From positions 12,779 through 76,778 of IMG/VR virus record IMGVR_UViG_3300021168_000355: a stretch of DNA of 64,000 nucleotides; one strand, 5' to 3'. The stretch is from a virus. Both the position numbers and the translations under genes were made by a program. Of the stretch, positions 29,949-39,734 are shown piece after piece. The notes under the pieces are model-generated. The model was not told the DNA's origin and did not search any database. It saw only the letters and a list, made by a program, of their open reading frames with translations. Position 1 is the first letter of the stretch; each line of letters opens with the position of its first letter.

Positions 29949-30182
29949 CTACTCAGGCGCCCTCTCGGGCGGATACTCCTGATCCGCTTGGGGCGGATTA
30001 TCAATAGAGCCCGCATGAGGAGCCCCTGGATTGGGATCATTCTTCGGACGACCATGATCCGAGTAGCCAGGGTTGTAAATAAGTTCCTGATCAGGAGTGG
30101 GAGTCGTAAGATCCTCTCCTTCACCAGGTCCCTGAGGGCCAGGGGGACGAATTTTGGTCTCTCGCGGTGGTTCTTTAGGCAT
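29949..30182 (-). CDS. Small Pro-rich hypothetical protein
   Basis: AAAGGA RBS; between terS and terL. Confidence 0.5.
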   Translation of the reverse strand: MPKEPPRETKIRPPGPQGPGEGEDLTTPTPDQELIYNPGYSDHGRPKNDPNPGAPHAGSIDNPPQADQEYPPERAPE

Positions 30183-30197
30183 GATGCTTCCTTTACG

Positions 30198-30524
30198 TTA
30201 CCCCGCCCCTTGCTCATCCTGGGGTAGGCCCCCAGTGATACTGATTCTGATACCTTGCTCATCGGTAAGGGAGGCAGGGGCTAAACGGACATTTCGATAG
30301 GGCATTGCTGCCTTTGCTGCGTCCATACGTCGATCCATCGGCTGATTTGGATCGCGCATGACCGCCATAAGAAAGTCCAAAGGTTCCGCGTCCGGCTCAA
30401 TCTGAGGCGGGGGAGGGCGTCCATTACCGTAGTGAGTGTTTTGCGGGAAAGGTAGAATGGCACCCGGAAGCGGAAACCTCGAGGGTGGTCCATAATTCCC
30501 CGGCCCGTTATATCCAGCCGACAT
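30198..30524 (-). CDS. Terminase small subunit (putative)
   Basis: PLDFLMAVMRD....MDRRMDAAKAAMPY motif; first gene of the packaging operon, behind a promoter. Confidence 0.65.
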   Translation of the reverse strand: MSAGYNGPGNYGPPSRFPLPGAILPFPQNTHYGNGRPPPPQIEPDAEPLDFLMAVMRDPNQPMDRRMDAAKAAMPYRNVRLAPASLTDEQGIRISITGGLPQDEQGAG

Positions 30525-30548
30525 AGCGTACCCTTTTGCCCCGCAAAC

Positions 30549-30637
30549 ATCATGCGCGCAAGGGAATAGCTTGTCAAGAGGGTTTTTGTCCACAAACACA
30601 TTTTTTTGTTGTGTGGAATAAAAAAATGTGCTAGATA
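30549..30637. promoter_or_regulatory. Divergent promoters between the virion operon and the helicase
   Basis: Minus strand TTGACA(30577-30572)-N17-CATGAT; plus strand TTGTGT(30609)-N17-TAGATA. Confidence 0.55.
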
Positions 30638-30655
30638 TAGTAGTGAGGATGAGAA

Positions 30656-32401
30656 ATGACCGAGAATAACCAACCAGAGGCACGTCGTGGACAAGTCACC
30701 GTCAAACATGCCTCTCCGCAATTATTTCGGTTCCTATCTAGTCTGCCGTCATACCACAAGTTTCTTGATGATGGTGGCGCCATATTCGAGGCGACTCGCC
30801 ACTCAATAGATGCCTACGAGGCTGCATTCCCCGACGCTCCCATCCACGACGCTGATGGAACTATAGCTCGGGTCAAAATAAAGGTAGCTGAGGTCGAACA
30901 CCACGAACGACTCGCTCCTCAAGACCCCGACAAAAAGCAACCCTTCAATCATCAGGAATCAGCCATCGATATAGGGTTATCTCGACCCTATTATGCCTTC
31001 TTCGATGATATGGGGACAGCAAAATCCGCAACTATATGCCTTTTGATCGCCGAGCTTTTCGCCCGTAAGATCATTGATCGGGCATTAGTTATTACCACAA
31101 AACGGGGTCGCCCCCAGTTCATGAATGAGCAGCTTCCCCAATGGATGCCACCTTCCATCAAATACCTTAAGGGTGAATTGCCTGCTACTGCTAAGAAGCG
31201 GGTGATGAAATATCCTGATGAAAAGGTAATGATTGGCTTCTCTACTCCTGGAGCCTTCCAATCAAAGCGTCAGGTCGTTGACATATTGGAGTTTGTAACA
31301 GGGGGACAGAGACAGGGACGAACAGCCCTCTTCATTGACGAAAGCCAAAACTTCAAGGGCTGGGACAATGAACGAGATAGGAATATGACTAATCTCCTGA
31401 AACAAGCAGGAGAATGTATCGTCAAGAAATTCCTCTTCTCCGGCGAACCTCAACCCAAAGGTTATGAGGATTTACTAGCCCAATTCTCTATCATGGACCC
31501 CAATATCATCGGGCATAGCACGATGCAATCCTTCACCAATCAATATTGCGTGCTGGGTGGATACCAGATCAAAGAGATCGTGGATTACAAGAACATTGGT
31601 GAGTTGACCGCCCGTATCGCTCCTCACTGTCGGTACATCAAAATCACCGACGTTATGGATATGCCGCCTCAAATCTGGGAAGAACGGAAGTTTGAGCCCA
31701 ATGATCTCCAGCGTGACCAATACGCGCGAGTGAAAAGAGAGTTGGTCGCCGAACTCCAGATCGCCCTAGAATCAGGTGATTATGAGACTGTTCGCCGTAC
31801 ATGTGCCAACGCTGCCAGCAAGTTTACCGTTCTAGCCCAGATATCAAACGGGTTCTTCTACACCGATTTGATGCCCGGAGCAGAAGAGGGTTCACCACGA
31901 AACATCCAACGCCTGTCTATGGAGCGTCCAGAATATGTTCTGGAAGAACTCGTAAGTCGCCACCAGAAAACCATCATCTATTGCCGTTTCCATGAGGATC
32001 TCCAGATGCTTAAGGAGACTATGGAAAAGATGAAGTTGAATGGAGTTGAGTTTTCAGGGCGGCTATCGGATAAGCAGTGCGAGGTCAATAAGCTCGCTTT
32101 CCAAAGCGCCGATGCCTCTAGCCCCTCTATCCTCTATGCAACAACAGGTTCTGGGGGAGAAGCCTTAAATCTCCAAATTGCCAATCGAACCATATATTAC
32201 TCCAATTCATACAATTATGGGCATCGAGTGCAATCCACTCGCCGTACATGGAGAGCGGGTCAACATGAAACCTGTTATTACTTCGATATCTTCGGATTCC
32301 CAATTGACCGATTGATATGGAGAAACCTGATCGATAAACGCGATTTATCCGCACAGTTGAAACTGGCTACTGAAATGGCAAAGCTAGTGGATCAAATATA
32401 G
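30656..32401 (+). CDS. SNF2-family helicase
   Basis: PFNHQ, DDMGTAKS, IDESQ, SGEP, GGEALNLQ.A, QSTRRTWRAGQ motifs. Confidence 0.88.
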   Translation: MTENNQPEARRGQVTVKHASPQLFRFLSSLPSYHKFLDDGGAIFEATRHSIDAYEAAFPDAPIHDADGTIARVKIKVAEVEHHERLAPQDPDKKQPFNHQESAIDIGLSRPYYAFFDDMGTAKSATICLLIAELFARKIIDRALVITTKRGRPQFMNEQLPQWMPPSIKYLKGELPATAKKRVMKYPDEKVMIGFSTPGAFQSKRQVVDILEFVTGGQRQGRTALFIDESQNFKGWDNERDRNMTNLLKQAGECIVKKFLFSGEPQPKGYEDLLAQFSIMDPNIIGHSTMQSFTNQYCVLGGYQIKEIVDYKNIGELTARIAPHCRYIKITDVMDMPPQIWEERKFEPNDLQRDQYARVKRELVAELQIALESGDYETVRRTCANAASKFTVLAQISNGFFYTDLMPGAEEGSPRNIQRLSMERPEYVLEELVSRHQKTIIYCRFHEDLQMLKETMEKMKLNGVEFSGRLSDKQCEVNKLAFQSADASSPSILYATTGSGGEALNLQIANRTIYYSNSYNYGHRVQSTRRTWRAGQHETCYYFDIFGFPIDRLIWRNLIDKRDLSAQLKLATEMAKLVDQI

Positions 32402-32407
32402 AGGAAT

Positions 32408-32436
32408 TTGACAAGGAACCTCAACTGTGCTAACAT
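32408..32436 (+). promoter_or_regulatory. sigma70-type promoter
   Basis: TTGACA-N17-TAACAT. Confidence 0.65.
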
Positions 32437-32456
32437 AAACCCATGTACGGGAGAAA

Positions 32457-32963
32457 GTGAAGCACATGCCAGGAATCACCTACAAATCCTATAACTTCGT
32501 CACTAAGGATCCAATAATCGATCAAATACGGACAGTTATACAGGATAGTGGTGTCACCTTTAAATGGATTGAAGAAAGGTCAGGTGTAACATCACAGACA
32601 TTGGCTAAATGGATTTATGGCGATACCAAGAAACCACAAGCTGCCACAATCAATGCGGTATTGCGTGTCTTAGGCAAAAAACTAATTATCGCCGATATTA
32701 ATGCCTTTGAGGATGTTGCCGCAACACCTTGGCGCGCTCCCCCAGTGCATGAGAGGACGCCTACTAATAAGGTGGCGAAATACCGCGCTCCGAAAATGCA
32801 ATATGATCCCAACGATGAATCCACTTGGAGCAGAGTAGGTGGCGCACCAATAGTTGGTAGACCCACTCGTACATTGCCACCTGAGCCTGAGACCTTCAAA
32901 GATAAAGGGAAAGTCGTTTCCCGCAGCTTCAATGCCATTCCATCTATCGAGACCAAGAAATGA
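32457..32963 (+). CDS. XRE-family HTH regulator
   Basis: IEERSGVTSQTLAKW..G.TKKPQ.ATI.AVL. Confidence 0.7.
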   Translation: MKHMPGITYKSYNFVTKDPIIDQIRTVIQDSGVTFKWIEERSGVTSQTLAKWIYGDTKKPQAATINAVLRVLGKKLIIADINAFEDVAATPWRAPPVHERTPTNKVAKYRAPKMQYDPNDESTWSRVGGAPIVGRPTRTLPPEPETFKDKGKVVSRSFNAIPSIETKK

Positions 32964-33214
32964 CCTTTAAGGTCATGTCGCGGCGGTGTGCGACCTGCAT
33001 ATACCGCAAAGATTTGCAATGGGACCTAAAAAAGTTCGAGGATCAGGTACGCGACGAACATATGGGGTACAAAAGCTACCGAGCTTGTCACCACCAAAAA
33101 CGGAATAAAAGCGCGTGTTGTCGAGGATTCTGGGACCATCATAAGGATGAATTTCAACTAGGACAGCTTGCCCAAAGACTAAACATGGTCGAATATGTGG
33201 AGCCAGATCCATGA
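32960..33214 (+). CDS. Cys/His-rich hypothetical protein
   Basis: CxxC...CH...CCRGF; ATGA overlap with the upstream gene. Confidence 0.55.
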   Translation: MTFKVMSRRCATCIYRKDLQWDLKKFEDQVRDEHMGYKSYRACHHQKRNKSACCRGFWDHHKDEFQLGQLAQRLNMVEYVEPDP

Positions 33215-33244
33215 CCAATTTTTCTCAATGTCGTCATCCCTGTT

Positions 33245-33844
33245 GTGCGTTTGATGGGAAATGCTGCGGGTGTTGTTATAGGAGACCAGGCTATGGGAAC
33301 ACAAGAACTGAATCGGGCTTATCCTCGCCTCAAAAGGGATTGGAGTGCTGTGGGCGGCTATATTTTGAGGCTAACGAATCCAAATCTCAAGGGTGTCCCA
33401 GACTTCCTAATATCTCACCCCAGCGTGGGGTCAGGACTTGCGGAAGTGAAATGCGTCGATGATCCCAGAGATATCATCGGTTTAGAGGAACATCAAGCCA
33501 AAACCCTTGATGAAGCCTCTCTTGGTGGAGCAAAGGGTAGAGTTTTAGTTTATTGCCTGATGAAAGAGGAATGGGGATTGTTCTTTGGTGGAACGCTCCG
33601 CCAGCATTATCGGGTTCTAAGGTATCAGATGGCACCTCTCTTTTCTCCTAAAGTCACTCCAGAATGGGCTCTAGGGACTGGATCAAGTGTTGAAATGGGT
33701 TTAATAACGGCTGCTGAGGAGCAACGTATTAAAGCCATGCAAACACATGTAGAGGAAGTGGAGCGTAAACGATGGGTTAAGGACCTCGTTATCAGCCACG
33801 ATGACGAAATGGGCGCAAAAATGAGCCAAATTCGGGGCGACTGA
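33245..33844 (+). CDS. PD-(D/E)xK nuclease (VRR-NUC / resolvase-like); true start probably near 33293
   Basis: GVPDFL.......LAEVK...HQ motif. Confidence 0.65.
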   Translation: MRLMGNAAGVVIGDQAMGTQELNRAYPRLKRDWSAVGGYILRLTNPNLKGVPDFLISHPSVGSGLAEVKCVDDPRDIIGLEEHQAKTLDEASLGGAKGRVLVYCLMKEEWGLFFGGTLRQHYRVLRYQMAPLFSPKVTPEWALGTGSSVEMGLITAAEEQRIKAMQTHVEEVERKRWVKDLVISHDDEMGAKMSQIRGD

Positions 33845-33846
33845 AT

Positions 33847-33875
33847 TTGACAGGATAAACTGTGTGTGCTATAAT
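33847..33875 (+). promoter_or_regulatory. Consensus sigma70 promoter
   Basis: TTGACA-N17-TATAAT. Confidence 0.8.
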
Positions 33876-33901
33876 ATCCGTTAGTTAAACGGAGTTATGT
33901 T

Positions 33902-34420
33902 ATGCCTAAATCACTCACATTCCTCGGTAATGAGGACAGAGGACCACGGTGGGAAGTTCCAACTTTCACCGTTACAATTAACGTGCTAAATAGTTCGGTA
34001 CTCCAAGAGGTCCTAAAATTCCCTGGAGTCGAACTGGTAGACCTGAATAAGTTCCCACCTCGTCCCCCAGTGATCGAGGATGAGATGCCTACAATGGCGG
34101 AGCGAATGAGAAAGGCTAAGAAAGAGGAGAAAAGGGCAAAGCCTAAAGGCAATGTGACTCCGTATCACGATCGATTCCAACATCCCTCCGGCAAGCCTGC
34201 TCATTGGTTCCTGACCGAGTATCTGGCGAAAAATGGGGGACAAGCTGGACTCGCCGAGTTGAAACGTCATCTTAAGGTCCAGGGGTTCTCGACTGGGACC
34301 GCTATGGGGGCCATGACTAAGATGGTCGCCAGGGGAGAGGCTATCAGCAAAAAGCCTCACGGCTACGTCCTAACAGACTCGGGAAAAGCAAAGGCAGAGA
34401 AGGAATTGGCAAGCGGATAA
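33902..34420 (+). CDS. Winged-helix DNA-binding protein (putative)
   Basis: C-terminal ...AMTKMVARGEAI...GYVLTDSGK wing motif. Confidence 0.55.
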   Translation: MPKSLTFLGNEDRGPRWEVPTFTVTINVLNSSVLQEVLKFPGVELVDLNKFPPRPPVIEDEMPTMAERMRKAKKEEKRAKPKGNVTPYHDRFQHPSGKPAHWFLTEYLAKNGGQAGLAELKRHLKVQGFSTGTAMGAMTKMVARGEAISKKPHGYVLTDSGKAKAEKELASG

Positions 34421-34439
34421 TTATGACGAAATTATGTTC

Positions 34440-34468
34440 TTGACTGGAACATTAAATTATGTTAATGT
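34440..34468 (+). promoter_or_regulatory. sigma70-type promoter for the PEP-CTERM gene
   Basis: TTGACT-N17-TAATGT. Confidence 0.5.
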
Positions 34469-34519
34469 TTTGTTGATGGGGGTGGTTATGTCTACTCCTT
34501 CAGCGGCGAAAGGTCTACT

Positions 34520-35107
34520 ATGAATAAGGTCGTCACTACTCTACTTGCTGCAACGGCGCTTATTGGGGTCGCGAGTTCCGCTCGCGCAGTAACCCTGATT
34601 AGCGTCGAGAATATTGGGTCGATCCTCAACGAGAGCCTCGCGCTCCCCGCCGAGGACACCCCCGGCTCCAGTATCGGGTTCCAGCAGTTCTTCGAGTTCT
34701 CCTTGCCCGTGCGTGAGGTCGTCACCTTGTCGGTGTCTGACAGCGGGTTCGGCAGCGAGAAGATTATTGGGGGAACGTTCTCGGTCAACAACCACGAAAC
34801 GACTGGCGGTGGACCGTTGTTCATCCCCGCCGGCTCGACCATTGAAAGCGTTGGTCTCTCCGATTTCGTCGGCGGCCAGAGCGCGGAACTGGGTCCCAAT
34901 ACTCTCAGCGCAGGGAACTACTTTGCGTTGGTGGAGGGCACCAGCGGCGCGTCCCCTATTCACCTTGCAATCGACGGAACGGTGACTGCGACGGCGGCAG
35001 TTCCTGAGCCCTCGACTTGGGCGATGATGGGTCTTGGCTTTGGTCTTCTCACGTTCTTCGGCGCCAAGCGTCGGCGTAATACCGATCGCTTGGCGATGAT
35101 TGCGTAA
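34520..35107 (+). CDS. Secreted PEP-CTERM (PEPxxWA-CTERM) protein
   Basis: Signal peptide ending ASSARA; C-terminus VPEPSTWAMMGLGFGLLTFFGAKRRR. Confidence 0.9.
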   Translation: MNKVVTTLLAATALIGVASSARAVTLISVENIGSILNESLALPAEDTPGSSIGFQQFFEFSLPVREVVTLSVSDSGFGSEKIIGGTFSVNNHETTGGGPLFIPAGSTIESVGLSDFVGGQSAELGPNTLSAGNYFALVEGTSGASPIHLAIDGTVTATAAVPEPSTWAMMGLGFGLLTFFGAKRRRNTDRLAMIA

Positions 35108-35451
35108 ATTCGGTTAAGGTGCAGTCATCGGTTCGCCCGACACGGCACCTTACCGATATCACGTCCCTAATTGTTAGGAGTTCCCCCTCTTAGCACCGCA
35201 CATGGGATGTGATTGGGGTCGAGGTCATGCGCCCCCCGTAAAACCTCGACCCCTCCCTTTCCGGGGAAATTCCATGTTTGAGAGACCTGGCGTTTCCCAG
35301 CTAGTTCTGGGGTTGTTTGTACTATGTTTGGCTTACATTATGTGGGAGATTACTGGTAATTCATGGGCATATGAGGTTCTTTACATACCTGCCGGAGTCA
35401 TGATTTTTTATGGTATTTATATAGCTTGGCGAGACGGTTAAGGGAGGGGAC

Positions 35452-35814
35452 GTGAAGGACTTAACCACAATTGATAATTATCGGATGAAAACACGCGAGG
35501 TCATCGAGCAATTTGGCTCTTATGGTGACTCTGGCTGTGGTGCTTTCCTCGTTCCCTATCCCCGAACTGGCGTTACACTCAAATGTGTCGCCAGCTCCGG
35601 CATGGGGTGGGATCACGTCTCGGTGTCATTGATGAATAGGTGTCCCAACTGGTTTGAAATGGATTTTATCAAACGGATGTTCTTTAAGCCCGATGAAGTG
35701 GCAATGCAGTTGCATGTTGGTGAGAAGGATCACATCAACATTCACCCCTATGTTCTCCATATCTGGCGTCCTCATCTTGGAATGATACCGCTCCCACCAA
35801 AGGAGTTTGTATGA
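35452..35814 (+). CDS. Conserved phage hypothetical protein (WDHVSVS...HINIHPYVLHIW)
   Basis: His-rich motif family common in phages. Confidence 0.7.
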   Translation: MKDLTTIDNYRMKTREVIEQFGSYGDSGCGAFLVPYPRTGVTLKCVASSGMGWDHVSVSLMNRCPNWFEMDFIKRMFFKPDEVAMQLHVGEKDHINIHPYVLHIWRPHLGMIPLPPKEFV

Positions 35815-36122
35815 CACACCGCCTTTACGATGAAACGTGCCTAGAGCGATGGCAGAGGATCAAGAGACGCGAGGAAGCTGAGGCAGTAATCAGACGGCGG
35901 CGGAGGGAACATGAGGAGTCCTCACGGAGACCAAATAAACAACGATCCGATCGTAACGAGGATAAGACGGATACTCCTCGTCGCGATGATGACCCAATTG
36001 TTGGCATGTCTAATCCTTTCTCTCAATGGGATCCAGCCCCTTCAACAGTCGATCCTACTCCTAGCACTATCGATCCAGGCGGGGGTTCTTCTGGGGGCGG
36101 CGGTGCAACAGGGGACTATTAG
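35811..36122 (+). CDS. Hypothetical protein with GGGSSGGGGATGDY tail
   Basis: ATGA overlap; Gly-rich C-terminus. Confidence 0.5.
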   Translation: MTHRLYDETCLERWQRIKRREEAEAVIRRRRREHEESSRRPNKQRSDRNEDKTDTPRRDDDPIVGMSNPFSQWDPAPSTVDPTPSTIDPGGGSSGGGGATGDY

Positions 36123-36145
36123 AATGCAACAGGGGACTATTAGAA
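36104..36145. repeat. Perfect 21-bp tandem duplication TGCAACAGGGGACTATTAGAA x2
   Basis: 36104-36124 identical to 36125-36145. Confidence 0.9.
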
Positions 36146-36156
36146 GGCTCATTGCA

Positions 36157-36597
36157 ATGGCTAAATCAAAAGTGGTCACCAAGAAAAAGTTCAAGGCGGC
36201 TATGGGGCGTGATCCCATTCAAGATGAACTGGAGCGGTGCAATTGCGCTCTGGGCGGGAGTACAGGTCATTGGGGGTGTGGATGGTGCGAAGAATGCAAC
36301 AAACCACGCTATGTTTGCTCCCATCTGCCCCGTCCCCCATTGCGAGATATCGTGACGGTCAATTTGACTGTGGCTCCAGTGCGAATGGGTGCTGATGCTC
36401 CCAGGGGTCCGGAGGGTCCCAAAGTTGTGCGCCCTATGACTGAGGTCGAGAAGGAGATTGCCAGAGCAGATATGGCCTTTCTGATTGCAAAGGAGAAGGA
36501 GTCTGGGGACTGGGATAAGTGGCAGGAGAGCCAGAAGCATTGGACTGGTGCTGGAGTGCAACGTGATCTTAGGACGGGGAGATTCCGAGCGCGATGA
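36157..36597 (+). CDS. Cys-rich hypothetical protein
   Basis: ERCNC...GH.GCGWC..C..P...C.H motif. Confidence 0.6.
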   Translation: MAKSKVVTKKKFKAAMGRDPIQDELERCNCALGGSTGHWGCGWCEECNKPRYVCSHLPRPPLRDIVTVNLTVAPVRMGADAPRGPEGPKVVRPMTEVEKEIARADMAFLIAKEKESGDWDKWQESQKHWTGAGVQRDLRTGRFRAR

Positions 36598-38009
36598 CCC
36601 ATGTCGTTGGATGTATGAGGATCACCAAGCATGACCCCAAAGTCAAGTCGCGGTTGGATTGGTGCGCCAAATGCAAATTTCCGATCGCTGTTGCCCTGAG
36701 CACTCCAGTCTTTGATGATGCGGTCTATATGTGCATGTCTTGCATTCCGTGGGACGAGGTAAATGAGATTAGTCCAATAACGCTTGAACAAATCGCCGAT
36801 ATCAAGCAGGTACTGGAGAGGGAGAATGGCAACTAAGGTTAGATATGCTCCCTGTTCAGAAAAGGATTGGTATAAGTTGCCTTTAAAGCTCCGACAACGG
36901 TGGTGGGATGAAACGAACTATAGCCGGAATAAACCCAGTCCTGAATTAAGGAAGGCAATAAAGGAGGCTTTAAATGGCAACCGTCACTAAGAAGGAATTA
37001 AGTGAGGCGGGTTGTGGAACTCCCGGCTGCACCCACGACCATTCGGTTATTTATCTAACACAGGGCTGTCATCCAGGTAAAGGACTTGAGGTTCGGTACG
37101 ACAAGCAAAAGGAACAATTGCTTGTCACCTGCTTTGCCTGCGATGCGGACGTGACAACCATTCAACTCTAATGGGGGCATCTTTGGATCCAAAGGAATTT
37201 GATTGCGAGGATTGTGGGTGCCACGTTTATTCATGGGCCGATGACGATGCCGTAACCTGTCTTGTCTGCACATGGATTCGCTCTATGCCAGATTTGACAG
37301 AGGCCGAGATTGCCGAGATTCGGATGATGACAGCTACACCCGTCAAAGTTAAATGGAGAGGAGGAGACGATGGCGAAGCAAATGGCCTATGACAGCGAGT
37401 GTTGGAATCTCGCCGAACACTTTCTGACAGGCGAACCCATTCCCCCAGAGCGTGAGCGGGAGATAACGGAGTTGCTCGCACAGGAGATCCAGGACTGTGT
37501 GGAATCGTTCTGTACGTCCTCACTGCCCCATTTGCTTGCACCAAAACCTGCGATTCCAGATGATGGGGGTATTCGTTAGTGGCTTGTACCCCGCAGCTTG
37601 TGTTGTTGGTCCGTCAAGCTATTGCGGCGGCGGTGGACAACGACTACGATGTCACCACATATTCGGATGAGGATCTGGCCGGAGACCTCGCAGCCTATGA
37701 GTACACGGTCGAAACCGAGGCATATGAAGATATCCTCGAGGCGGTGAAGATTGTGCGGGGGAGGACTGTAACATGAAAGCACCAACAAACGCCGAGGTAT
37801 CACGGAAAAGTGAACTGGTTCGGGTCAAGTATGGCAATATGACCTTTACGGATGCGAACCTCGAGTTCGCCTACGAATTACAGGGGTTCATCAAAGCAAT
37901 GGTCGTTGACCATCACCAAGATATGAACAATGCACTGGCGAAGGTCGGCGAACTCCTGTTTATGATCGATGAGGCTCAAAAGCCAGGCAAGGTTAATAGG
38001 TGGAAATGA
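36594..38009 (+). CDS. Run of about seven small coupled hypothetical genes (36594-36836, 36974-37171, 37171-37392, 37370-37579, 37579-37776, 37773-38009), several with CxxC pairs
   Basis: Overlapping start/stop codons and RBSs; typical phage early cassette. Confidence 0.55.
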
Positions 38010-38013
38010 TCGC

Positions 38014-38042
38014 TTGACAGGGATGACTCCTTCTGCTATAGT
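38014..38042 (+). promoter_or_regulatory. sigma70-type promoter
   Basis: TTGACA-N17-TATAGT. Confidence 0.7.
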
Positions 38043-38078
38043 GTAACCATTAACGAGCCAGAGAGGAGGCAAAATGCT

Positions 38079-38243
38079 ATGTCAAAGCGATACCTCCGGG
38101 CGGTCTGGATCGCGATGTTCCATGTTGTGATCCTGACGGCAGCCCACAACGTCGCCGAGGTGTTGGCAGATGTTGGCAAGGAACTGGCGGTACTGGTCAG
38201 GGACGAGTTGGCACTTGATGCAGTGGTGGCAGTGACTAAGTAG
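38079..38243 (+). CDS. 54-aa hydrophobic peptide (not in ORF track)
   Basis: GAGGAGG RBS; MSKRYLRAVWIAMFHVVILTAAH...; own promoter and terminator. Confidence 0.55.
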   Translation: MSKRYLRAVWIAMFHVVILTAAHNVAEVLADVGKELAVLVRDELALDAVVAVTK

Positions 38244-38245
38244 GA

Positions 38246-38276
38246 AGTAGGGCTCGGGGACGAGCCCTACTTTTTT
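38246..38276 (+). terminator. Rho-independent terminator
   Basis: AGTAGGGCTC-GGGGAC-GAGCCCTACT followed by a T run. Confidence 0.8.
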
Positions 38277-38293
38277 GGAGAGGGAGGCTGAGC

Positions 38294-38506
38294 ATGGGTA
38301 AAGGTAAAGACAAGAAAAAAGCGAAGAAAAAGGCAGAGAAGCGGATGCAAAAGGAAGCCCGAGCCTCGTTCCACCGCGCCCACCAGATTGTAGCTACCGT
38401 AATTCTGGCTAAGGAGCTTGGCTCCATCATGCGCCGCGAACGGGACAAGCCATCGCCTGTGCAAACGGACGCTCATAAGTCCCCCGACCCTTCCCCGGCC
38501 AAATGA
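38294..38506 (+). CDS. Small basic protein
   Basis: GGAGG RBS; Lys-rich N-terminus. Confidence 0.5.
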   Translation: MGKGKDKKKAKKKAEKRMQKEARASFHRAHQIVATVILAKELGSIMRRERDKPSPVQTDAHKSPDPSPAK

Positions 38507-39060
38507 TAATAATCCCCCAGCTTAGACTTGCGTGAGCAAAGGCATGATGGCAATAGTGGGTATATGGGAGTTTATGAGGTCTGGTTGGAGTTGGTTGTAT
38601 GATCTGGGCTGGGGTGGTTTATTGGGGTTGGTGGCTGTTGTGTGCGTGTTGTTGCCTTGTAAGTGGGACCCAGCTATAAGGCTGAAGGAATGGTTCGAGG
38701 GTTGGGATAGGGAGGGGCCGGATGATCATGAGGAGGAATTGGAAGCAGACGATCATTGACGGCGGGGTGAATTATACATAAATAAGGGGTGGTTATTATT
38801 TTTTCTGGTGGGGTTGGGAGGGGTGCAGGCCCCCCCTTCGGCAAAACCACGGCAATCGTAAACTTTTTCGGGGTATCCCAAGGCCCACCGTGAACGCACC
38901 ATGAACACCACATAGCAATCCGCCAAAGAAAAGCCCTGCGCTCAACTGGTGAGGCAGGGCTGGTCAATGGGAGGCGACGGTGCTATCCTACACCCAGCCC
39001 CTCATTAGAGCGGTGGTGAGAAGGACAACCGCGATGGTGTTGGCAATGACCGGGCCCATT

Positions 39061-39438
39061 TTATTCGCCCGACAATGCATGGTCAGTGCCTCGCGTAGAG
39101 GCGGCGGCGAACAGGCGGGCCTGGCGTGCCCGTATGCTCCCGTCAAGGCATGTCCTCTGGCCCACATGCTGATGGAGGTGTCCAGCGCATACCAGGGCCT
39201 GGCAGCGTGGGCACTCTGCCACCACACGGCGATTAGGGCGACCGTCCTTCCCCTTGAGACGCTGGGGAAGGACCAGGACCAGGACCTCGCCGATGCGATG
39301 GACGCTAACGTGGTCGGGGGGAATGGCGACCCCAGGCCTCAAGCCCAGCGCGGTGAGCAGGTCGCGGCTGTCCATTGGATAGCCATGCTGGTCCTTGAGG
39401 TAAGTGGTGCGGACCATGTTGCGGTAGGTAATACGCAT
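39061..39438 (-). CDS. Hypothetical protein with CxxC...H..H zinc-finger-like motif
   Basis: AAGGAGG RBS; CPRCQALVCAGHLHQH. Confidence 0.55.
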   Translation of the reverse strand: MRITYRNMVRTTYLKDQHGYPMDSRDLLTALGLRPGVAIPPDHVSVHRIGEVLVLVLPQRLKGKDGRPNRRVVAECPRCQALVCAGHLHQHVGQRTCLDGSIRARQARLFAAASTRGTDHALSGE

Positions 39439-39448
39439 TGGAGCCTCC

Positions 39449-39709
39449 TTAGTGGCAAGAGCAGTGGTGAACGCGATGGGCGTGGACGACAGGCGCAGGC
39501 ACTGTGACCACGTGGACCTCAACTACCACCCGTTGCACGGGAGGCAGGGGAGGCGACGCAATGCCTGCCTGAGCGGTGTCGGTGGGCAGGTAGGCGTAGG
39601 CAAGGCAGCCAAGGACAAAGGCGATGATTAGGGCGAGGACAAGGCGGGGATCAAGGCGGCGATCGGTGGCGGCGGTGGCGGGAGCAGACTTGGCAGTGGA
39701 CTTGGTCAT
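39449..39709 (-). CDS. Small membrane protein
   Basis: One TM helix; His-rich C-terminus; GGAG RBS. Confidence 0.55.
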   Translation of the reverse strand: MTKSTAKSAPATAATDRRLDPRLVLALIIAFVLGCLAYAYLPTDTAQAGIASPPLPPVQRVVVEVHVVTVPAPVVHAHRVHHCSCH

Positions 39710-39734
39710 GAGAGGGACTCCAGTTTGGGGATTG

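Noticed and set aside
31213-33563. Other CTGATGA hammerhead-core matches (for example near 31214 and 33557)
   Set aside because: They lie inside coding sequence and I found no flanking stems or correctly placed GAAA; the manual search was not exhaustive
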